DNA of 64,000 bases, from IMG/VR virus record IMGVR_UViG_3300012665_000259, positions 4,404 through 68,403 of that record. The stretch is one strand, 5' to 3'. Position 1 is the stretch's first letter. Each line of letters starts with the position of its first letter. Below are positions 58,058 to 64,000 of the stretch, piece after piece. The notes beneath the pieces are model-generated. The model made no database searches and had not been told where the DNA came from. It was given only the letters and a program-made list of their open reading frames with translations. The translations under genes and the position numbers were made by a program. The DNA comes from a virus (Duplodnaviria > Caudoviricetes).

Positions 58058-58621
58058 TTAAAAAACCATATCTGCCGCAATTATAAAACGATCTTGACTA
58101 GACTGCGGCGGGCAAGGTCTATGCCAAGTTTTTCCTGGGTAAATCAACCATTTATACTTTTCAGGTACAACTGTATGACGTTCAGGTTTATCAATCCCGT
58201 TTATAGCAAACTCTGTGCCACATGTATTTAGGTCTGCAACATCGTCTGGTATATGCAAATAGTATATGCCCGACAGCGTTCTTTCGCTACCATATTGGTG
58301 AGTGTGCCATAACTTATCTCTGTCTTCGACAGTTTTATTTGAAGTCATAAAACTCCAACTCTGTACTTGATCAATTTTTACTTCTTGTTTTAGGTACATA
58401 AAACAACTAAAGATAAAACTCATTTTAAATTTCATCCAGTGTTCACCGGGATGCCCAAACACATTTACATTAGTTTGATATCGTGGGCTATTAGTAAAAT
58501 ACTGTCCAGCATTTATAATAGCTCTAATATCGGTCATTGCCGCAGTTTGATCTTCGTTGGTGATTAAATTACTAAAATCAAAAGACTCAAACGTTTCCCA
58601 CTGATTTTGAAATACTATCAT
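58058..58621 (-). CDS. 2OG-Fe(II) oxygenase superfamily protein
   Basis: WHTHQ...LSGIYYL...YPGKTWHRP...RFIIAAD double-stranded beta-helix pattern. Confidence 0.7.
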   Translation of the reverse strand: MIVFQNQWETFESFDFSNLITNEDQTAAMTDIRAIINAGQYFTNSPRYQTNVNVFGHPGEHWMKFKMSFIFSCFMYLKQEVKIDQVQSWSFMTSNKTVEDRDKLWHTHQYGSERTLSGIYYLHIPDDVADLNTCGTEFAINGIDKPERHTVVPEKYKWLIYPGKTWHRPCPPQSSQDRFIIAADMVF

Positions 58622-58824
58622 AATCTCTCACTTAGTAATATACGACATAAGTCTGCGTCTTTATCATTCTTAAAATCAAAAAACATTGCATCGTGGGACG
58701 GCCTCGATTCGTAGCGGCCACCTGGTAATCCAAATACTTCTAGTACTATAGCACAAGTTTCATTCCACCAGAAACCGTTCTGATTGTTCCAAAGCACTAC
58801 AACTCGATTAGATATCTTTTCCAC
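58618..58824 (-). CDS. Hypothetical protein
   Basis: 68-aa ORF. Confidence 0.5.
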   Translation of the reverse strand: MEKISNRVVVLWNNQNGFWWNETCAIVLEVFGLPGGRYESRPSHDAMFFDFKNDKDADLCRILLSERL

Positions 58825-59077
58825 TTAGATCCTGTTGACCTGTTTGATATTTTTCAAGACGTTCTTGGAATGCCTCTTCGGTTAGCCCGTGCCAGCCAAT
58901 GCACTTGCCTGTAGGACTACGACCGCAGCCGCACTTACCAATTTCGTTAGTATCTTCTTTAACTCGTACTTGCATGTTTCTTTCCTTTTTACCAAATATT
59001 TTTTCAAAACTATTAGCGAATTCTTCTTGACTTACGCTAAATGGTCTTGGTTTTGATCCTTTACCACCGTCACTCAT
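58808..59077 (-). CDS. CDGSH-like Fe-S/Zn-binding protein
   Basis: CGCGRSPTGKCIGWH; possible internal start at 58975 with an AAGGA SD. Confidence 0.55.
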   Translation of the reverse strand: MSDGGKGSKPRPFSVSQEEFANSFEKIFGKKERNMQVRVKEDTNEIGKCGCGRSPTGKCIGWHGLTEEAFQERLEKYQTGQQDLSGKDI

Positions 59078-59442
59078 TTTTTATAATTTCCTTTTTCTGG
59101 TATAACATGTCTAACTCCTCCTCGAGGATCTTCCATATCTCCGTGTCTTCTTGGTATCATATGTACGTGAGGATACATTACTGTTTGACCAGCAGCCTCG
59201 CCGCAGTTTTGTCCAATGTTAAAAGCGTCCCATCTTTCTGACGCAACCCCGTCGTACCCAAATTTGTAGGCTGCTTTGAAGCACTCCCAGAGATTGTTAC
59301 CTTGCTCTTGGGTAGGCACAAATAACAAATGCCCTGCGGTAACTGGATATATGTCTCTGAAGACCCAGAAGTCTTTTGTTCGATATTCGATTTCTGTCCA
59401 AGGAGCTCGTTTTTCATCTAATGCCTTTTCTAAATCATTCAT
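59074..59442 (-). CDS. HIT family hydrolase
   Basis: YPVTAGHLLFVP, NIGQNCGEAAGQTVMYPHVHMIPR. Confidence 0.88.
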   Translation of the reverse strand: MNDLEKALDEKRAPWTEIEYRTKDFWVFRDIYPVTAGHLLFVPTQEQGNNLWECFKAAYKFGYDGVASERWDAFNIGQNCGEAAGQTVMYPHVHMIPRRHGDMEDPRGGVRHVIPEKGNYKK

Positions 59443-59587
59443 TTGTTAAATTATTCAATTGTTCTAGTAAAAACTCTCTATACTGACGGAGCATGTCTCC
59501 TTTTTTATCAGCATTTTCTTGCCCTACAACTTTTTCAATATCAGCATCTACTTGTGATATCTTCATCCTAATTTCATCTTCGGTCAT
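59435..59587 (-). CDS. Small hypothetical protein (50 aa), not in the ORF track
   Basis: MTEDEIRMKISQVDADIEKVVGQENADKKGDMLRQYREFLLEQLNNLTNE*; overlaps both neighbours. Confidence 0.55.
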   Translation of the reverse strand: MTEDEIRMKISQVDADIEKVVGQENADKKGDMLRQYREFLLEQLNNLTNE

Positions 59588-60081
59588 TTAGTCCACCACT
59601 CCTCGTACGGAAATTCAATCCATACATCTTTTTCTGCTTTGTTAACTTCCATTCCTGCATAGTCTACTATGGCATTGAACTTACTGGCTAGATTATCTAC
59701 TACTGTTGCAAATCTAACATTATTATTCCATATATCTGGCCATCTAATTGCATCAGGGTGACAACCACTTGGCCAATCTTGCATAATCCAATTTAATGTA
59801 GCACCAGTATCGTTGATGTCATCTACAATAAGAATGTTCTTACCTTCGTATGCATCTTCAGCCATACTGAAGTTGCTAACACATATATTATTATCTCTGA
59901 GGCTAACATCTAATGATTGCATAGGTATATCAAACCATTGGCTAATCATTATTGCAGGTAATAGCCCACCTCTAGTAATGCCCACAATGTAGTCTGGTCT
60001 CCAGTCGGTCGCAGAAATTTCTCTACAAATACCAGTAACTAACAGTTTGAATTCAGCGTTATCAATAATATACTTGTTCAT
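59584..60081 (-). CDS. Type I phosphoribosyltransferase (purine PRT-like)
   Basis: VGITRGG, PRPP loop LIVDDINDTGATL, FPYE. Confidence 0.88.
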   Translation of the reverse strand: MNKYIIDNAEFKLLVTGICREISATDWRPDYIVGITRGGLLPAIMISQWFDIPMQSLDVSLRDNNICVSNFSMAEDAYEGKNILIVDDINDTGATLNWIMQDWPSGCHPDAIRWPDIWNNNVRFATVVDNLASKFNAIVDYAGMEVNKAEKDVWIEFPYEEWWTK

Positions 60082-60260
60082 ACATAATCTTTAAACATTT
60101 GTTTACGACCATTTTCACCAATATGCAAGTCAAATATATCTTTGACAGCGGTCATCATTGCACATGCTAGCATAAGTTGATCATTCCTGTCGTCGCACAT
60201 CATGATTTGTTGATCGATAGGTTCCATTAATTCTTGCATTCTTTGTTGTACGTTATCCAC
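60078..60260 (-). CDS. Hypothetical protein
   Basis: Likely GTG start at 60260 behind a GGAG SD; the ORF track extends it to 60323. Confidence 0.5.
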   Translation of the reverse strand: MDNVQQRMQELMEPIDQQIMMCDDRNDQLMLACAMMTAVKDIFDLHIGENGRKQMFKDYV

Positions 60261-60699
60261 CGTCTTCTCCTTTGATTGCTTCAAATGTTCTATACTTACC
60301 CAATGCTTGAATGTATTCATCATACAGTTTCTTTAGCTTTGGATGCTTCTTTTCTAGTTTAGCATCTCGTTCGGGTATTTGCAAGACTTTTTCAATAGTA
60401 TCTAACCGTTCTTCTATGTCTTTGCCGTTAATAATCATACGACCTTTAACTTCTAAACTAGCTGGATTTTGATTGGCTACTAATACAGCATCGTACGGGG
60501 TAGTTGTAGTACCAGTAGTCCATGTCATGCCATTACTGCCAGAGGACGTTAAAAATTGTCCAGACGTTCCCGAGGTAGTATATACCGGCGGCTGCGAAAC
60601 ACCTACATATCCAGGAAGATTATGAGTTAAAGGTGTTGTACCTACTACTGTTCCGCCATTATGTACTGTGTTGTTTGCGTGATTCAAGATAGTCGCCAT
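60253..60699 (-). CDS. Hypothetical protein (Thr/Gly-rich N-terminus)
   Basis: 148-aa ORF. Confidence 0.55.
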   Translation of the reverse strand: MATILNHANNTVHNGGTVVGTTPLTHNLPGYVGVSQPPVYTTSGTSGQFLTSSGSNGMTWTTGTTTTPYDAVLVANQNPASLEVKGRMIINGKDIEERLDTIEKVLQIPERDAKLEKKHPKLKKLYDEYIQALGKYRTFEAIKGEDGG

Positions 60700-61141
60700 T
60701 TGGTATCCATTTATTTTTTACGAGAAATCCCCATTCTCTTTTTTGTGGACCCGGCATAAACAAAGTCCAAGCTGTTACATTAGGATCTAGTTCAATCCTG
60801 TGATAACTAGTAGAACTACAAATACGAAAATGACCTGGAGCTCGCCACTTTGCAATCTCACCAATCTTTTCACCGTAGTTGTTAAATTGTGGAATCCATT
60901 CATAGTAGCCGCCTTTAAGTATTAGAGTAGCATAGGGCCATGGGTGATCGTGTACATCGTCGGGATCGCTTTTAAGGAACTTATGTACAAACACATTGAA
61001 TGGAAACCATGTCCTATCTTTAAGAAAGATATAGTACCTCTCAAGATACGGTTCGTTATCAACTCGATCCATGATCACACGTTTACGATCGTGTGATTCT
61101 AACCAAGAAAAGAATTTATTTTTTATCTTTTGGAGTATCAT
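60659..61141 (-). CDS. Cupin-fold protein
   Basis: HDHPW...GGYYE...YHRIEL metal-binding cupin pattern. Confidence 0.7.
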   Translation of the reverse strand: MILQKIKNKFFSWLESHDRKRVIMDRVDNEPYLERYYIFLKDRTWFPFNVFVHKFLKSDPDDVHDHPWPYATLILKGGYYEWIPQFNNYGEKIGEIAKWRAPGHFRICSSTSYHRIELDPNVTAWTLFMPGPQKREWGFLVKNKWIPNGDYLESRKQHST

Positions 61142-61490
61142 AGTCGTCTTTTACAAGTTTGTAAGTAGTTTTAAACTTTTCGAACGCAATTTTTAATCCT
61201 GGATATTGTTTACACATATCCTCAATCCTTGCCCACTGCGGAAATGCGTTGACCCATTCTTCGTCATTCCAACTAAATGTTGTTGGATCTATAGTAAATG
61301 TACTTGAACCTGCGCCAGTAGTAAATGTGCTACTAGCACCGGTACTAATAGTATATGTACCCATAGCCGTACTATATGATGGGACTGCACCGTATGATGG
61401 ACTTAGTGTGATTGTATCAGTAAGTATGCTAGTACTGATAGTATCATCTAATGTTATTGAGTAAATTTGTTCCGCTGAAGAATTGCTCAT
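61116..61490 (-). CDS. Hypothetical protein (Ser/Thr-rich N-terminus)
   Basis: 124-aa ORF. Confidence 0.55.
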   Translation of the reverse strand: MSNSSAEQIYSITLDDTISTSILTDTITLSPSYGAVPSYSTAMGTYTISTGASSTFTTGAGSSTFTIDPTTFSWNDEEWVNAFPQWARIEDMCKQYPGLKIAFEKFKTTYKLVKDDYDTPKDKK

Positions 61491-62538
61491 GTAAATCCTT
61501 TGTTTGTTTACGTAACTGTGGTAAGTACTTGTCGTAATTTTCCATATAACTTATAATCTGCATACAGATTTCTTTACGATGTATTGTATATGCTTCAAAC
61601 GATTCAGTCCACTTGCTAGGATACTTAAATGTATCATACGCCATTTCACTGTAGCTTAGTCTGTCAGGCACCATAGGAATGGCATCTACTACTGCACCTT
61701 CATACCAACTAATGCCAAGTGTTTCTTGTAAGTTAGCACTGAACACTAGTTTAGCTTCACCTAACAAATTATGATATTCATTTTTTGTTAGCTGTTGATC
61801 CTGACACACTACAAATTCATATTGTGGCAAGTGTTCTTTTAAGTCACGAAAGATTTCAACTTGCTTCTCTGGAGCAATACGATGCGGAAATAAAATTAAG
61901 TCACGCTTTGGCATACCCTTGTATGCGGTAAGTATATCATCCATATACTCCATGGGCCAGCCTGTGCGTACAACCTTGTTGTTGAATAACGTATCGTCAA
62001 ATACAGTCTTATACATACTTACTTTACGATCCGGATCTGGTTGGATCAAGTTTTCGTAAAACATGTGAATATGAAAGTCTGTGGCAAAGTAGTTGTGATC
62101 AAAAGCATGGTAGAAACTTTTTTCTGCATGCCTTACCCAAGGCTTATCTCCAACAAGACGTCCTAGAAAGTCCTGTGGATCATAGCTACCAGCATGCCAT
62201 AGGCCATGTGTAGTTACTGGAATACCTAACAACTCACTCATGTACTTTAAGTTTATGATACCTGGGTGCCAAGCATCAGTAAAAATAAAGTGATCGCCGG
62301 GATGAACGGCTCCGTTACAAAATAAACGACCCATCTGCTCAACTTGACTAGCCTTGTATATATTAGTCCCGCCAAAGTTAAGAAACGCTCCTGGAGTGGT
62401 AGCACTAGGTATGTCCATAGGACCAGAGATAATTTGAACATTGTGTCCTGCCTTTTTAAGTAGTTTGGGTACACTAGTTTTCCATTGACCAGTGTACCGT
62501 GTGTCAACTGCTTCAAGGTCGACTAAAAAGACTTTCAT
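61444..62538 (-). CDS. GT-B fold glycosyltransferase
   Basis: FPHRIAPEK, FSANLQETLGISWYEG...PMVPDRLSYSE GT-B acceptor/donor-site pattern. Confidence 0.75.
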   Translation of the reverse strand: MKVFLVDLEAVDTRYTGQWKTSVPKLLKKAGHNVQIISGPMDIPSATTPGAFLNFGGTNIYKASQVEQMGRLFCNGAVHPGDHFIFTDAWHPGIINLKYMSELLGIPVTTHGLWHAGSYDPQDFLGRLVGDKPWVRHAEKSFYHAFDHNYFATDFHIHMFYENLIQPDPDRKVSMYKTVFDDTLFNNKVVRTGWPMEYMDDILTAYKGMPKRDLILFPHRIAPEKQVEIFRDLKEHLPQYEFVVCQDQQLTKNEYHNLLGEAKLVFSANLQETLGISWYEGAVVDAIPMVPDRLSYSEMAYDTFKYPSKWTESFEAYTIHRKEICMQIISYMENYDKYLPQLRKQTKDLHEQFFSGTNLLNNIR

Positions 62539-62777
62539 CAGTCTTTGAACCTTGGTTTGCTGTTAAAATTTGGATTATGTGGACGAGGATTCTTGCCCAA
62601 ATAAGGTTTACGTTCACCGTTCCATGCCTTCTTAGGTCGACGGCTGTACTCAAAATCTCGCCAATTTTGACTTTCCCTATTATAAAGGTCAGCTGGGTTA
62701 TAGTTACGCAACTCAAAGCGACAAAAGTCGAGATAGTTGTCCAGGTCATCAAAAATCTTAACGACTTCGTTTTTCAT
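62538..62777 (-). CDS. Hypothetical protein
   Basis: Likely start MKNEVV at 62777; the ORF track extends it to 62885. Confidence 0.55.
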   Translation of the reverse strand: MKNEVVKIFDDLDNYLDFCRFELRNYNPADLYNRESQNWRDFEYSRRPKKAWNGERKPYLGKNPRPHNPNFNSKPRFKD

Positions 62778-62796
62778 AGGAGTATTTCCTTTAATT

Positions 62797-63192
62797 TTAG
62801 TACTTAATAAATGAACCATTTTCTCCGTCTTCGGAGACCTCAATCCAAACCTCACGGCCTGGATACTTATTGGAAATAACGTCATACAAATCGTCTGACA
62901 TCATTTCACAACTCTTATGATCTAGCGACAAAACACCTTGTGCGCTAGAATACAGTTGTTCAAGCCATCGCTTGAACTGAATGAATTCCACATCTCTATC
63001 ATTGTGGGTGACACTAAGCCATACCCTAAAATGGAAAATATGACGATGAGGATTAGCAAGAAACGATACATCATATTGATCTCCTGTTGCTAGGTTAGGG
63101 TCTGTTGCGGCCGCAGGATAGCAATGGATGCCTTCCTTTTGAAATGTGACCCAAATCATTTTAAGCGGCCGTATATCTTGTTTAAGAATCAT
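62797..63192 (-). CDS. queD: QueD-like T-fold protein (6-carboxytetrahydropterin synthase-like)
   Basis: HCY...HRHIFHFRV...EFI...SCEMM...VSEDGEN; ATGA overlap with the upstream stop places the start at 63192. Confidence 0.6.
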   Translation of the reverse strand: MILKQDIRPLKMIWVTFQKEGIHCYPAAATDPNLATGDQYDVSFLANPHRHIFHFRVWLSVTHNDRDVEFIQFKRWLEQLYSSAQGVLSLDHKSCEMMSDDLYDVISNKYPGREVWIEVSEDGENGSFIKY

Positions 63193-63725
63193 AGTGTTGT
63201 ATCTTGTGTGTACTGATCCCAATGAGTATACTTGTCTTTACTCATCAAGCTCTGTAAGTGATGTGTCCACACACCTGGATTTGTAGCACCCCAAGTTCGG
63301 TCGTCCAGTTTAAGTGTGGCATTATAGTTGAGTTGATTAATGTAAGGTAACTTGACACTAATCATGGGAACAAAGCGAGGATATTCGTTATATGCTGATT
63401 CCAATACACCTTCAATGTGTTCAACACCAAAGTCTAAAGTAACCCAATAGTCTGCTTTTAAACAGCCAATAATAACTTCATCCCATGCTTTATATTCTTC
63501 GTGGCTAATACTTTTAGGATTAAAACTTTGACTAGTGCCAAAGTAAATATGTTTAATACGTTTGCTTTCGTCCAAGTATGCTTGTGTATCCCCTGCCTTA
63601 CGAAGTATGTCTTCTAAAGGAGGTGTGCCTACAACAAACAAAGTGAACATGCCATGACAAACAGTATGCTCTACTTCGTAGCCTGTAAAATATGTGACGT
63701 CTTGTCTTTGTTGTGTATCTAACAT
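63189..63725 (-). CDS. Hypothetical protein upstream of queD-like
   Basis: 178-aa ORF; no family recognised. Confidence 0.6.
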   Translation of the reverse strand: MLDTQQRQDVTYFTGYEVEHTVCHGMFTLFVVGTPPLEDILRKAGDTQAYLDESKRIKHIYFGTSQSFNPKSISHEEYKAWDEVIIGCLKADYWVTLDFGVEHIEGVLESAYNEYPRFVPMISVKLPYINQLNYNATLKLDDRTWGATNPGVWTHHLQSLMSKDKYTHWDQYTQDTTL

Positions 63726-63731
63726 GTTGTA

Positions 63732-63760
63732 AGTATATAATAATTAATATATAAAGTCAA
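63732..63760 (-). promoter_or_regulatory. sigma70-type promoter
   Basis: TTGACT-N17-TATACT, ending 6 nt before the ATG at 63725. Confidence 0.65.
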
Positions 63761-63768
63761 ATCCAATT

Positions 63769-63999
63769 TTACCAAAGTAAGTAGCCTCTGCTTTGATTGG
63801 CTTTTCGATTAATACTTTCTTCAAATGCCTGTTCCCACTGTGATACTCTAGGATATGCGTTTGACCAAAATCTATCAACAATTATGTCACCGTTTTCAAT
63901 CCAAGTAGCCGCATCTTGCATACATTTATAAAAACCTTCAGTTCTTGGACTAGGGAACATAATAGTACATGCTTTCCAAAGTAAATTACCAAAATCAGT
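63769..63999 (-). CDS. 3' end of a hypothetical gene starting beyond the right edge
   Basis: The frame is open from the window edge (TDFGNLLWKACTIMFPSP...). Confidence 0.55.
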   Translation of the reverse strand, partial: TDFGNLLWKACTIMFPSPRTEGFYKCMQDAATWIENGDIIVDRFWSNAYPRVSQWEQAFEESINRKANQSRGYLLW

Positions 64000-64000
64000 G

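Noticed and set aside
1-64000. Stop-codon reassignment (seen in some jumbo phages)
   Set aside because: Genes tile the window in the standard code, including a 5134-aa ORF, and TAG, TGA and TAA all serve as real stops.
1-64000. CRISPR array, tRNA genes, DGR or IS element
   Set aside because: By eye I found no regularly spaced repeats, cloverleafs, reverse transcriptase or transposase.

Overview
This 64 kb window looks like part of a large, AT-rich, T4-like myovirus (jumbo-phage-type) genome. It is very gene-dense and reads in the standard genetic code. From left to right it contains: the 5' part of a tape-measure-like gene (minus strand); a divergent gp26/gp51-like hub or tail chaperone that appears to be split by a -1 frameshift; a minus-strand operon (gp55 late sigma, gp47/gp46 Mre11-Rad50, Hc1-like protein, minimal GIY-YIG nuclease) followed by a ~480 nt hairpin-rich non-coding region; a plus-strand late module (tube initiator, LysM/gp53, hub, gp5-like spike, gp25, gp6, a 5134-aa giant wedge/fibre protein, three paralogous tail fibres, four GT-A glycosyltransferases); and a minus-strand early/middle region (thyX, MoxR-VWA pair, RNase H, queE/folE/queD-like genes plus a GT-B glycosyltransferase, YccA/BI-1, 2OG-Fe(II) oxygenase, CDGSH-like protein, HIT, PRTase, cupin). 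The best leads are the structured ncRNA candidate behind the GIY-YIG gene, the -1 frameshift, the virion-linked glycosyltransferase cluster, the deazaguanine pathway with an adjacent glycosyltransferase, and a bipartite late-promoter motif. All family assignments come from motif recognition by eye; no database searches or folding programs were run. I saw no tRNA or CRISPR array.
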